IMG/VR virus record: IMGVR_UViG_3300036778_000062
Span: 1 to 64,000 of that record
Strand: one strand, 5' to 3'
DNA from: a virus
Lineage: Duplodnaviria; Caudoviricetes
Length of the DNA: 64,000 nt
Part shown: positions 51,771 through 62,724 of the stretch, piece by piece
Layout of the letters: every line of letters begins with the position of its first letter
How positions within the stretch are numbered: the first letter of the stretch is position 1
Notes under the pieces: generated by a model
Seen by the model: the letters and a program-made list of their open reading frames with translations, nothing else
What the model was told of the DNA's origin: nothing
Databases searched by the model: none
Position numbers and translations under genes: made by a program

Positions 51771-52451
51771 ATGACCCGCTCACTTTCCGACGCTAATTTC
51801 GCCGCGATTCAACAGCGGCGCATTGTGCCGCGCGATTTCATTTGGCTGATTGCGCGTGACCGCTCTAGCGGCGCCCCTGTAGCCGAAGGTGTCTGGTCGG
51901 GGCAGGGGAATTTCACTGCTGCGGTGATCGACCCGCATACAGGCGGCAGTCAGGACCGCGCGTTTTTCGGTTCTGGTGCGTTGGTTTCGGTGGGCAATAT
52001 TCCGCTGGTGCAAGGCATCACGGTGCAGACGCTTACCATCACGATGTCTGGCGTCAATGCGGCGTTCAATGATTACGTTCGCACCAATGACCTGAAGCAA
52101 GCCGAAATCCAAATCTTCCGTGGCTTTCTCGATCCTGGCACCAGACTCCTTGTTGCGCCTGCCGTCCCCCGATTTGTCGGTTACATCGACGATGCGCCAA
52201 TCACGACGCCAAAGGAAAACACCAGCGGCGCGATCACGATTACGGCGACGTCAAATACGCAGGAATTGACGCGCGCAAATTCCGATACGCGCTCGGATGC
52301 CAGCCAGCGTCTGCGCGCCGCCAATGATAACTTCTATCAAGACACCGCAGTTGTCGGCGGCTGGAAGTTTTTCTGGGGTCTCTATAACGGCAGCTTGGCA
52401 ACGACTGGAAGCAATTTCGACCCATCAACACATCCGTCCCACGCCAGATGA
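51771..52451 (+). CDS. Tail tip/hub protein
   Basis: Position in the tail module. Confidence 0.65.
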   Translation: MTRSLSDANFAAIQQRRIVPRDFIWLIARDRSSGAPVAEGVWSGQGNFTAAVIDPHTGGSQDRAFFGSGALVSVGNIPLVQGITVQTLTITMSGVNAAFNDYVRTNDLKQAEIQIFRGFLDPGTRLLVAPAVPRFVGYIDDAPITTPKENTSGAITITATSNTQELTRANSDTRSDASQRLRAANDNFYQDTAVVGGWKFFWGLYNGSLATTGSNFDPSTHPSHAR

Positions 52452-52885
52452 TCAGGCCGGCAAACGTTGGCGATACACCTCGCGTCGTGGAGATGGTTGC
52501 TGCGGCACATCTAATCTCGCCTCTTGCGTCATATGTCGATTGCTCACCCGTGATGGTGAGGGATCAATTCCACTTTCACCTATCATCATCGTCTTCTCTT
52601 TGCCTCGTGCACGACGTTGACGGCGAGGCGCGTGGTATTTTCGTTGGCATGGCTTCCGACTATCCGAGCGCTCCAATTCGTATTGGCGTTGAGGTCGTCT
52701 CTTGGGTCGATCGCGAGTACCGCGGTCGCGCTTGGCTCCAGATGAAGCGTCAATTTGAGGCGTGGGCGAAGGAACGCGGCTGCAAGATTACGTCGCTCAG
52801 CAGCAAGAGCGATGAGCGATTTGCGAAGGCCATCGAGCGCGACGGCTACGAGTACGTCGAGTCGCACTTCGTGAAAGTTCTCTAG
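52448..52885 (+). CDS. GNAT-fold protein
   Basis: IRPA, WVDREYRG, EAWAKERG. Confidence 0.7.
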   Translation: MIRPANVGDTPRVVEMVAAAHLISPLASYVDCSPVMVRDQFHFHLSSSSSLCLVHDVDGEARGIFVGMASDYPSAPIRIGVEVVSWVDREYRGRAWLQMKRQFEAWAKERGCKITSLSSKSDERFAKAIERDGYEYVESHFVKVL

Positions 52886-52893
52886 GAATTTAA

Positions 52894-55488
52894 ATGGCAT
52901 TTCTCGGTATCGGCGCGGCATTAGCGGGCAGTGCTACGCTCTTCGGTATTAGCGTCTCAGGCGCCATAGATTTCGGCGTCACGCTTGCGGCCAGCGTCGG
53001 CATCAGTCTTGCCGCGCAGGCGCTCGCCGGTAAGCCGCCAGCTAATCCAACTGCACTCGCAAATTCTGGCATGCAGGTCACACTGCAGGCCGCTGGCGAT
53101 GTGCCGCGCTCGTTCCCGCTCGGTGCGTGCGCCACCGCAGGCTCACTGGTTTATGCCAATACGTGGGGCCTGTCGTCTCCCGGCGGACAAGACACGCCAA
53201 ATGCCTACCTGACGCAGGTTATCGCGCTCTCGGATTTGCCGGGCGCAACGCTCAACGGCGTCTGGGTTAACGGGACCAAGATTACCTATCCTGGCACGAC
53301 CGATCCTTCTCAGCCTGCTGGCGAGATGATCGATGAATACGTCAAGGATGGGCAGCCGTACCTGTTCATACGGTATTACGACGGCACGCAGACCGAAGCG
53401 GACTCGTTTTTAACCAGTTCAGTGTCGTCGACTGACAGGCCATACGAGTCGACGCGCGTTGGCACTGGCGTGGCTTATGCCATTGTCACTACGCTGACCA
53501 ACGACACGCTGTTTACAGGCCCGCCGACCCTCCTCTTTGAGCTTGGCGGCATTCCGCTTTACGACCCTACCAAGGACAGCACCAACGGCGGCACGGGCTC
53601 ACAGGTCTACTCCGACCCATCCACGTGGGGCGGTGACGGCGATGATCTGCCGGCGGTGCAGGCATACAATGTTTTGCGCGGCATCCGGTATAGCGGCGAC
53701 TGGATCTACGGTCTGCAAAAGACCGTGCAGGCCAATCTGCCAACCATCAACTGGAATGCGCAGATCGGCAAATGCCGCGCGACCATCGCTGGCGCGTCTG
53801 GCGACGAGCCCATGTATCGGTCAGGCGGACAGGTTTCGGTAAGCACGCAGCCGGCCGACATGCTCGACGCCATCATGACGGCGTGTCAGGGCAAAATCTC
53901 CGAGGTTGGCGGCACCTATAAAGTTCACCTCGGAACGCCTGACGCATTCAGTTCGTCGTTCACCGACGACGATATTCTGTCGACCGAAGATCAGACATTC
54001 ACGCCGTTCCTGACGCTGGCTGATAGCGTCAACGGCATCACTGGTACTTATCCGGACCCGGCGCAGGCTTGGCAAAGCACGACGGCCCCGCCGCTATACA
54101 ATAGCACGTTTGAGGCACAGGACGGCTCGCGCCGTCTGCTTGCGAGCACGTCATTTGACGTCGCTCCGTATGAGGAGCAGGTGCAGCGCCTAATGCGTTC
54201 TGCGTTGCTAGCTGCCCGCCGCGAACGCAGCCACGTCGTTGTCCTGCCGCCGCCGTTCTGGCCGCTTGAGCCTGGTGACGTCGTCCGCTGGAACTCTGTC
54301 CGCAATGGCTATGTCGACAAGGATTTCATTGTCACTGCCATTTCTGATCAGGGCAACTGCGATATAAGCGTAAGCCTGCAGGAGATCGATCCTACAGATT
54401 ACGACTGGGACCACGACACCGACTACAAACCACCCACCATTGGTGGCACGACATTCCCGCGACCGTCGCCGCAAGGCATTGTCGACTGGTTCGCTGAAGG
54501 CGCGATCATCAATGACGCCAGTGGCATTCCGCGAAGGCCGGCCATTGCGCTGTCTTGGGACGGCGATATGCCGGGCGTCGTGGGTGTCCAGTACGAGGTC
54601 CGCCTTACCTCTGACGCGTCGGATGTCACGCGCGGGCGCACCGACCAGCTCGCGGCTGGCACGCTCCGCATTTCGCAGAGCCTGCTGCCCAATACGCCTT
54701 ACCAAGCCCGCGGCCAGTATCTACCCTCAGCGCCGCGCGACATGCTTTGGTCGGATTGGCTCGACGTTACCACGCCAGATATCCGGTTCACTATTGCGGA
54801 CTTCGCTGACGAGCTTGCAGCGCAGTTGAATGCGGTCGAGAACTTCGACGCGGGCAACATACAGAAGGCCATCGATACGCTCGCGCAGCTTGCGCAGGAC
54901 ATCGATGCGCTCAACTGGCTGGACAAGAAGCAACAGCGCTCTGAGCTTGATGCCGTTGCCGGCAATGCCAAGGCGTCGATTGCGGAACTGCAGACGGTTG
55001 TTGTCGACAATCAAACCGCGTTCGCTGAATTCCAGACCGAAGTTAGCGCGACGTTCGGACCGGCATTTTCATCAGTGTCCACCGTGACGAGCGCCGTTGC
55101 GACGCTTGACGGTTATGCCGCGGCATCGTGGGGCGTAACGATCGACGTTGACGGCAACGTCAGTGGCCTTGAATTAGTCGACGGCAGCGACAGCGTTTCT
55201 GCGTTCACTGTGACTGTCGATAAATTTCAGGTGGCTGCGCCTGGTGTCGCTGGTGGTGCGGTGACACCCATCTTCACTGTAGCGAACGTCAACGGCACGC
55301 CGAAAACCTCGCTGCGTGGCGATATGTACGCGGACGGCACCATTACCGTGAACGCGCTTGACGTGGCCAACCTGACGGCAATCAGCGCTCATTTCGGCAG
55401 TGCGACCGTCGATGGCGATATCACGGCCTCGAACGGCGTATTCGAGATCGATTTTTCCAATGGTCGCATCACGATTTTCGGGCCATGA
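52894..55488 (+). CDS. Central tail/host-specificity protein (gpJ-like)
   Basis: LEPGDVV; C-terminal VDKFQV segment. Confidence 0.8.
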   Translation: MAFLGIGAALAGSATLFGISVSGAIDFGVTLAASVGISLAAQALAGKPPANPTALANSGMQVTLQAAGDVPRSFPLGACATAGSLVYANTWGLSSPGGQDTPNAYLTQVIALSDLPGATLNGVWVNGTKITYPGTTDPSQPAGEMIDEYVKDGQPYLFIRYYDGTQTEADSFLTSSVSSTDRPYESTRVGTGVAYAIVTTLTNDTLFTGPPTLLFELGGIPLYDPTKDSTNGGTGSQVYSDPSTWGGDGDDLPAVQAYNVLRGIRYSGDWIYGLQKTVQANLPTINWNAQIGKCRATIAGASGDEPMYRSGGQVSVSTQPADMLDAIMTACQGKISEVGGTYKVHLGTPDAFSSSFTDDDILSTEDQTFTPFLTLADSVNGITGTYPDPAQAWQSTTAPPLYNSTFEAQDGSRRLLASTSFDVAPYEEQVQRLMRSALLAARRERSHVVVLPPPFWPLEPGDVVRWNSVRNGYVDKDFIVTAISDQGNCDISVSLQEIDPTDYDWDHDTDYKPPTIGGTTFPRPSPQGIVDWFAEGAIINDASGIPRRPAIALSWDGDMPGVVGVQYEVRLTSDASDVTRGRTDQLAAGTLRISQSLLPNTPYQARGQYLPSAPRDMLWSDWLDVTTPDIRFTIADFADELAAQLNAVENFDAGNIQKAIDTLAQLAQDIDALNWLDKKQQRSELDAVAGNAKASIAELQTVVVDNQTAFAEFQTEVSATFGPAFSSVSTVTSAVATLDGYAAASWGVTIDVDGNVSGLELVDGSDSVSAFTVTVDKFQVAAPGVAGGAVTPIFTVANVNGTPKTSLRGDMYADGTITVNALDVANLTAISAHFGSATVDGDITASNGVFEIDFSNGRITIFGP

Positions 55489-57620
55489 CAGTTCCTCGCG
55501 TTATTCTCGGTAAATACAACGACGGCGTGACGATCGGCATGCGCTCGTCTCTGCAGGGGTTCAATGCTTTGACCGAGAGTCCCGACAGCGGCGGCATGTC
55601 GTTTGACAGCACTTGGACGGACATTGCGTCAGCGCTGCAGGTGGGAATCGTATCGGCTCCATCGTCTGGCTTCACGATAACCGTTAATTTTACGAGCCCG
55701 GGATATGTCCCATTCTGTGAAGTGCGAATGGTGCAGGGCGACACTGTCTTTGACGATGGTGTTTTCGGTTCCGGCACATCTGCAGTGTTCGGCGTCGGGG
55801 CCGTTATCGGTACGAGCACGATCACGATTCCAAATCGAACACTAGGCGTTGCGTATATCTACACGATCCTAAACATCCCTGTGCAATCTGGATGACAGTA
55901 CCCCGCATTCGCATCGGTGATAGGGCCAACGGTGACATTGGCGTATTCATATCGCCAACTGGTGTTGATGCGACGACTGCTAGCGACTCGCAGCTGGTCA
56001 TGGGCATCTCCACCAAAATCTCAAATCTGATCTTGCTTGGTCATGTCAGCAGTTCTGCGTTGGTGCCGTTGGGTCTGCATAGTCGCCCCTTCATCTTCCT
56101 GACCAGTCAATACAGTTTCAGCGGCGTTATCGGACATACTGCTGGTCCAGGGCCTATGAGGCCCTCGCCTCCAGTTAGTGGCGGCAGCAGCGCGTCCGCT
56201 CTGATCAATAGCAGCGGGGCATCCATGAGCATCACCGCGTCAACATCGGTTTATTACATTGTTTATTCTGCGACATACTGATGACAGTTGAGCGCCTGAA
56301 AATCGATATCAACGGAACGTTCCGGGTGGGCGCTCCCGGTAACGATGCCACGACTGCTGAATTTGACAATCTTCTTTTCGATATCAATCAGCCGCCCCTG
56401 CGCTTGGCGCAGAACGGCGTGTTCATGCTGAATTGCATTCCTGATGGGAGCTATCAAAGCGGCGTCAACCTTGTCGAGGGCGGCGCTATTACAGTGTCGC
56501 CTGCCGCGCCGTCTGGCTCTACCGCGATATTTTTGACAGCCAATCGATGCCCCTATGTCGTGGCCGTGGGTGCAACACCGACACCGATGGGATTCCCGGG
56601 CGAGGTTAGAACGCCTGCGATGAACTACTCGACGATCGGAGGCCTTGATGGGATCGGTGCCGGTTCCGCCGGCTATAAAGGTGCTGGCGGCGCGATCTGC
56701 AGCAATACCTTCATAGGCTTCACGGCGACACCAAATGCGTTCGATAACAGCATCAGCTTGAACAGATTCAATTTCGTTTACATCAACTATGCAATTTTTC
56801 GGAACTTCACTTAAGGACGATAGATGCTTTTCGCGCTCTACAATGAAGACGATGGTGACACTGGTCCGCGCGGCAGCATTCACCAATCCAACAAGGTCTA
56901 TCACGAACCGGACGCATATCACGGCGTCCTGAAGGACCACGGGCATAAATATGTGACGTCACCGATCCACGGCCCGGTTTCGCCAATGCATTTCATGGTC
57001 GACGTCGACGCGTCGCAACTTGTCGAGCGGCCGTTGATGCCGGTCACTGTTTCAAAGACCACGATCAAAGCCGGCGGCAATGACTCGGTGGTGTTCAAGA
57101 ATATCCCAAAAGGCGCGGTGATGGCGGTTACTGTGATGAACATTCCGATTCACGGTGAGAAAGTCGACACGGCCGACCGCGACTTCGCCACCACCGTTCC
57201 GGGCCTCTATCGGGTCGCATTCGATCTGTGGCCATTTCGTCGTTTCGAAATTGATATCGAGGCCGTTCAATAATGGTGCTGATTGTCGATGCCGTCCCGG
57301 CGCTTCGCGCGCGCGCTAAGGAAATGATCAACCGGCGATTTCAGGAGCGCGCACACGCCGAGGCGCACTTTGATGCCGCCTATCCTCGCAAGCGACAGAT
57401 TGCGACAGACGTGCTCGCTGGCAATCCTGCTGCGGATGATTTTGCCGAAGAGGCTGGATTGCGCGGAGTAACAGTGCAGGCGCTAGCGTCCCTTGTGCTG
57501 GCCAAGCCGGATCATATTGGCGCGCGCGAGGCTGATCGAATGCGTAGCCTCGCGGCCGTCGACACCATGTCGCACGATGATTTGAAGAAGATATTTAAGA
57601 TTGCGGGGAATTCCAACTAA
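55485..57620 (+). other. Five small coupled tail proteins
   Basis: ORFs at 55485, 55892, 56281, 56824, 57273; first three share MTV.R N-termini. Confidence 0.6.
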
Positions 57621-59203
57621 TGAGTTTTGAATCCTACAACACTGGTACCATATCGATTGGCGCTGCAGCTACGTCGGTTGTTGGCTCAGGCACAGCGTGG
57701 CTGGCTAATGTGGTCCCCGGCGATTCTCTTGCGGTTGATGGATACGAAATCACGGTCGCTGACGTCGTTGACGACACTCATCTGATCATCGAGGCGTGGG
57801 CATTCACGGCGGTCACGGCGAGTGCATATAGAATTTATCAAGACTCGATAGATCGCTTCGATCCTGTCGCGAACGCCAAGAACGTTCGCACGCTTGTCAA
57901 CGCGCTCGATACCTCCGGCTACTTCGTCTTCGTCGCAGCTGGCGCGACCGTTCCAGATCCGTCGCTTGGCGAGGAAGGACAGTTTGCGTTCCAGCCTGGC
58001 ACAGGCAAGCTTTGGCTCAAGACTGGCGGCGCGTGGGTATTCCAGGGCATCTACAAAGGCATTCAGCCGCGCGGCGAGTGGAATGGGGTTGACACGTTCG
58101 AGACAGGCGATGTCGTATCGCGCGATGGAAGTTCGTATCTGGCAATTGCGCCGAGCACGAACGAGGAGCCGTCTTTTGGTGACTCTCCTCCAAATGCATT
58201 TTGGATGGTGAGTGCGGAGAAGGGGGATAAGGGCGACAAGGGGGATAAGGGTGATCCTGGAATTGCCGCATCTCAACCAAGCGTGAGACTATCGCTTACG
58301 TCTGGCGTTTCTATTACGAGCGCTGATGTAACTGGCGCGACGTCCGTTTATGTCATTGCCGTTGGGCAATCAACAACACCTATCTACGACGGGACTAGTG
58401 ACGTTCCGCGAGCACTGCCGGCGCAAACCACGCTTTCCTTGACGTCGGGAAATCATCTTGCTGTGAAGTATTATGACGTGTTCGAAGCGTGGTCAGGCGG
58501 TGCCTACGTTGTCGGCACAGGTCCAGCATGGTCAAGTAGCGGGGCTGGCGCGTCAGGGCGCGGCACCGGATCAGGAACCACCGAGGTTCACGTATTCAAT
58601 GGTCGTCGCACCAACGCAAATTCAATCACGCTTACTAACGGCTCGACCACGTACACGATCCCGGCCAATCAAGCCAACCTGATTGGAGGATTTCGCGTTC
58701 CTTCCGTTGCAGGAACGACTGAGGATAGTTTCCTTCGTCGGCTTGTTTGGAACGAATACAATGCGACTTGGCGCGAGTTACGGCGTTTCGAAACGTCATC
58801 GACCTGGGATTATGCTGCAGGCACGTCTCCAGGTTTTCGCCAAGCCAATGGCAATTCTGCAAACATGGTCGAGATATTTAACGGAGCGGCCGGACGCAGC
58901 ACGATCATTTCCGTAAAGGGCTTTGCCTTTAGCGCCACTTCCACGTTCCGAAACATCGCTGTGGGAATTGGCCTAAACGGCGCGACAGATGTAGCGCACA
59001 CCAACGGCACCATTTCATCTGCTGTGGCGAGCATCAATATCGCCTCACATTGCTCAGCAGACTACAACGATTACGTTCCGGTCGTCGGATACAATCAATT
59101 TTGGTGGCTGGAAAATCGCGATGCTACCGACACCATAACCTGGTTCGGAAACGGCGGCACCACCATTATTCAGTGCGGAATTACCGGAAGAACATATCAA
59201 TGA
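57620..59203 (+). CDS. Tail fiber
   Basis: VVGSGTAW, GDVVSRDGSSY, short GDK collagen-like repeat. Confidence 0.75.
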   Translation: MSFESYNTGTISIGAAATSVVGSGTAWLANVVPGDSLAVDGYEITVADVVDDTHLIIEAWAFTAVTASAYRIYQDSIDRFDPVANAKNVRTLVNALDTSGYFVFVAAGATVPDPSLGEEGQFAFQPGTGKLWLKTGGAWVFQGIYKGIQPRGEWNGVDTFETGDVVSRDGSSYLAIAPSTNEEPSFGDSPPNAFWMVSAEKGDKGDKGDKGDPGIAASQPSVRLSLTSGVSITSADVTGATSVYVIAVGQSTTPIYDGTSDVPRALPAQTTLSLTSGNHLAVKYYDVFEAWSGGAYVVGTGPAWSSSGAGASGRGTGSGTTEVHVFNGRRTNANSITLTNGSTTYTIPANQANLIGGFRVPSVAGTTEDSFLRRLVWNEYNATWRELRRFETSSTWDYAAGTSPGFRQANGNSANMVEIFNGAAGRSTIISVKGFAFSATSTFRNIAVGIGLNGATDVAHTNGTISSAVASINIASHCSADYNDYVPVVGYNQFWWLENRDATDTITWFGNGGTTIIQCGITGRTYQ

Positions 59204-60057
59204 ATATTGTGGCTGCATCGCAGCCTGACCCATATTCTCTCGTGCCGACACAATCGCTCGGTAATTCTCTAAACCAGTTCGATCCAACCTGGCGCGATAC
59301 TGCGGGACGCACGCAGGTTTCTCCGAGCCTTGTCAGTGGGCAAGATACCGTATTGATATTTGGCTACGGCCAAAGCTTGATAGCGAACCACGACAACGAT
59401 AGCTATTCTTCTGTGTCGTCACTCAACCAGCAGTTCTCGGTCGAGAATGGGGGTATCTATGTCGCAGCCAACCCAAATCCTGGAGCGAGTTGGCTCGTTG
59501 GATCGCCAAATTTTGCGAGCTATTTGACGAGGCTTGGCGACAAACTGATAGCAGACGGATATTGCGCCCGTGTGATTACCGTCAACGTGGCTATCGGAAC
59601 GTCCCTAACGTCGGAATGGGCATCTGGCGGCACCCTCAATCCTCGCCTTGTCGTGGCATGCAAAAGGCTGGCTGCAGTGGGGATTACGCAGTCTAATCTA
59701 TTCCGAACATTTATCATCCATCATCAGGGCGAGTCGCACGACTGCATTACTCAAAGCATATCGTCAGCAACTTATACCACACAGGGGAATAGCGCGATTG
59801 CGACCATTCGAAACAATGGATTCTCTGCAGCAAAAGCCTTCGTGCAGTTAGCTACCTTCAATGCCGGTTTTAGCCCGACCACTGATAGCGATGTGCGAGC
59901 CGGACAATTCGGTATGGTCGACGGGGTAAATACGTTTCAGGGTTATGATCTTGACACGAATATTGATGTGAGCGAGCGCTACGACGGCACACATCTAAAA
60001 TCGACTGCGGTCATTGCCGTTGCCAATGGGACTGCTGCTATCCTTGAGGCGCATTGA
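59200..60057 (+). CDS. SGNH/SASA-type O-acetylesterase
   Basis: GQS, HQGES, DGTH. Confidence 0.75.
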   Translation: MNIVAASQPDPYSLVPTQSLGNSLNQFDPTWRDTAGRTQVSPSLVSGQDTVLIFGYGQSLIANHDNDSYSSVSSLNQQFSVENGGIYVAANPNPGASWLVGSPNFASYLTRLGDKLIADGYCARVITVNVAIGTSLTSEWASGGTLNPRLVVACKRLAAVGITQSNLFRTFIIHHQGESHDCITQSISSATYTTQGNSAIATIRNNGFSAAKAFVQLATFNAGFSPTTDSDVRAGQFGMVDGVNTFQGYDLDTNIDVSERYDGTHLKSTAVIAVANGTAAILEAH

Positions 60058-60267
60058 TGTGGGAGCTAACAGTTGCCGCGCCTATGGGTTGGTTCAACTA
60101 AGTTCCGGTCTCTGTCGAAATCGTCACCGAGTCTTCCGAGATGATCGGAATAAATATCGTGTTCAATTCCTCGTCTCTCGGGTCGCATCTATCGCATTCA
60201 AATCGGCGTCGGTCGCCGATGCCAACCGGCATTTTGGCGGATCCGCATTTTGGACAATAGACGGTCA

Positions 60268-61233
60268 TCACTTTTGTTGATTCCTGCGGGCGACTATTTC
60301 GGTCATGCAGTCACGCGCAGTGAAATCGCTGGCCACGAACAGATGGCCGCCCTTCACGTCGTCGAAACTTATCGGCTTAAGGCTTCTGACAGAATGAGGT
60401 CGTGGACTATTCTTGATGCGGACAAGTTTCTCTTTATAGGCAGCCCAATCTGCCTCTGATCGATAGTGCTGCTGCGATGGCCTTTTGTCCGATGTAGAAC
60501 CGGCGCCCTTTTCCGCCACGACGATCGTGGCCATCATATGCGGCGAGGTGAAAGAGCTAACGACACGATCGGGGTGAGCCAGGAGCGCATCCAGATCAAT
60601 CGTAAAAACATCGGCAGCCGATCCGTCGATCTCGCTGGCGCCATAAGCCAATATGTAGACCTTGCAGTCTGAGAAACCGTTCACGGTGAAATAATCGAGA
60701 TACCAAAGCGGTGGAATAATCACATACGGTTCGTAGTGATTGCTGAACATATTTGTCGTGATCAGGCGACCTCCAGGACGGAGCATTTCGGCGAAATTGC
60801 TAATCACCATCGCCGGATCGAAAACGTTATCTAGCGTGCTGCCATCAAGAATGAAATCGGCGCTGGCGCGTAGGTTTTCTGGGATCGGTTTTGTCAGATC
60901 GTGAACGATCTCGGCGCCTTCATAGTCGCTATGATCGAGTGCGAGGATTTTGGTGACATCGAGCAATCGGAATAGCTCGGAATCGGTAATCAGTTTTTGC
61001 CCACTGAAGGCTGGCAGATTGTTCGTCGATCCGCCTCCAGTCTCAAGATCAGACGGTTTCCGGCCTTTCGTGTCAATGCGATGCTCTTTGAGCAGAGCAA
61101 GAATGCTTTCTGGCGTGAAATAGACCGTCTGCCGCCCGATCAGAACGACGTCACCCGTAATCGGGCGATGCTGACGTTCTCGGATTAGCGCTTCGACGAC
61201 GTGGTGACCGATACCCATAACTACTCCTTCCAA
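60268..61233 (-). CDS. Class I SAM methyltransferase (antisense moron)
   Basis: DYEGAEIVHDL, DGSTLDNVFD, LRPGG. Confidence 0.75.
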   Translation of the reverse strand: MEGVVMGIGHHVVEALIRERQHRPITGDVVLIGRQTVYFTPESILALLKEHRIDTKGRKPSDLETGGGSTNNLPAFSGQKLITDSELFRLLDVTKILALDHSDYEGAEIVHDLTKPIPENLRASADFILDGSTLDNVFDPAMVISNFAEMLRPGGRLITTNMFSNHYEPYVIIPPLWYLDYFTVNGFSDCKVYILAYGASEIDGSAADVFTIDLDALLAHPDRVVSSFTSPHMMATIVVAEKGAGSTSDKRPSQQHYRSEADWAAYKEKLVRIKNSPRPHSVRSLKPISFDDVKGGHLFVASDFTARDCMTEIVARRNQQK

Positions 61234-61318
61234 AAGCGCCGCAACCTAGCCCACGCCACCCAAGCGAGCAAGCCCCGTTAGCTAGCCGCAGCCACCCCAA
61301 AAACCAAAAGGAAATCCA

Positions 61319-61546
61319 ATGCCTAGCGCGCCACAGGTGCGTCTGATCGACAATTGGCGCGCTGAAGCCAAGCGCCTCTGGAGCATCCGCGTCGGGCTGT
61401 TTTTCGGCGCACTTAATGGCGCGATGCTTGGCCTTGCGGCCTTCGTCAACACCATCGACCCGATCTGGTTTCTGATCCTTAACATTCTCGGCTGGACCAT
61501 CCTTGTCGGGGCTCGCCTTCTTAAACAACCAGGAGCAGACGTATGA
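61319..61546 (+). CDS. Putative holin
   Basis: Two TM helices; WSIR...ARLLKQ; upstream of the lysozyme. Confidence 0.65.
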   Translation: MPSAPQVRLIDNWRAEAKRLWSIRVGLFFGALNGAMLGLAAFVNTIDPIWFLILNILGWTILVGARLLKQPGADV

Positions 61547-62070
61547 CCGCAGCAGTAATAGCCAAACCGAAGGCCGGCAAAGTCGCTGGATTAAGCGCTG
61601 CCGGCGCCACGCTGGCTGCGCTACTGGTTGGCCATTGGGAGGGCATGAGCACTGTAGCCGTGCATGAGAAGTTCGATCCTCCGGGAGTCATAACGGTTTG
61701 CGGCGGGATTACCAATGCCGATTGGCCCTGGCTCAAGCCTGGCATGAAATTCACGGTGGAGACGTGCCGCCAAGCGCTTGCTGATGCAGCGAACCGCTAT
61801 GCGGTGAAGGTGGCGCAGCAGTGTCTACCCGATATATCGACCATGCCGCCACACAGGCAGGCCGCTATCGCGTCGTTCGCCGTAAACCTCGGACCCGGTC
61901 GGGTGTGCGGAACGTCGATCGGCCGCGACCTACGCGCAGGCCGTGTCAAGCAGGCGTGCAATGCCATGGTGAAGTACGTCTACGCCAACGGCAAGCGGCT
62001 ACCGGGATTGGCCTACCGGCGCACGGACTCCATGTGGGGCGAGCAGCCGTGGTGCCTGCGCAATGATTAG
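61543..62070 (+). CDS. GH24 lysozyme, possibly SAR-type
   Basis: Ala/Gly-rich N-terminal anchor, EG...D..GVITVC.G.T, GL..RR. Confidence 0.85.
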   Translation: MTAAVIAKPKAGKVAGLSAAGATLAALLVGHWEGMSTVAVHEKFDPPGVITVCGGITNADWPWLKPGMKFTVETCRQALADAANRYAVKVAQQCLPDISTMPPHRQAAIASFAVNLGPGRVCGTSIGRDLRAGRVKQACNAMVKYVYANGKRLPGLAYRRTDSMWGEQPWCLRND

Positions 62071-62461
62071 TGCCGCGTGGATTCTATCCTACCTCAGTGC
62101 CAACTTTGCGCTGATCATTGTCGTGGTATTGGCGGTAATCGCGCTGGGTGCAGTGGCCTGGTTCGCCAAGAACTGGAAGGTCGCAGTGGCTGCTGGTTGC
62201 GTTTTGGCCGCAGGCTTCGCCTACCAGCAGATCGATAAGAACGCCTACCAGCGCCGCGTTGCCGAGGAGGCAGCCCAGCAGGTGCGCGTCCTGCAAGGGC
62301 GGCTGGATGCCCTTCAGGCGGCCAACCAGGCCGACGCCAAGCGGGCGGCCACAGATGCCGTCACCATTGATGCGCTGCGCCAGCAGGCCGCGCAAACGCC
62401 TGCAAACGATGCCGCCTGCCTCGATGGCGATGCGGCCAAACGGGTGGGGGATATCCGGTGA
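62063..62461 (+). CDS. Rz-like inner spanin
   Basis: TM segments plus coiled coil. Confidence 0.6.
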   Translation: MISAAWILSYLSANFALIIVVVLAVIALGAVAWFAKNWKVAVAAGCVLAAGFAYQQIDKNAYQRRVAEEAAQQVRVLQGRLDALQAANQADAKRAATDAVTIDALRQQAAQTPANDAACLDGDAAKRVGDIR

Positions 62462-62724
62462 AGTACATTGTAGTGGCGCTGGCACTGGCCTTGGCAGGCT
62501 GCGGCCAGTCTGGCCAGCCATCCGTCTCCGGCTCGCTGCCAACCGTCCCCGCCGATATTCAGGCCTGCTTTAGGGCTGGGCCAACCAAGGTGCCGCAGAC
62601 GGCACTGTCTGTCGCCGAGGTCGAGTCCCTGTGGAAGCAGGACAGGGTTCGGGTTGTGGTCGAGCAGCGCTGCGGCAAGCGGTTTCTGGCCTGGTATGCG
62701 GACCTGCAGAAGAGGTGGCACTGA
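62458..62724 (+). CDS. Rz1-like outer spanin lipoprotein
   Basis: Lipobox LAGC. Confidence 0.65.
   Translation: MKYIVVALALALAGCGQSGQPSVSGSLPTVPADIQACFRAGPTKVPQTALSVAEVESLWKQDRVRVVVEQRCGKRFLAWYADLQKRWH

Noticed and set aside
58218-58262. GGxGAyAAG tandem repeat
   Set aside because: Encodes a short collagen-like GDK repeat, which is common in tail fibers.
57620-61233. Diversity-generating retroelement or invertible fiber cassette
   Set aside because: No reverse transcriptase, invertase or template/variable repeat pair seen.
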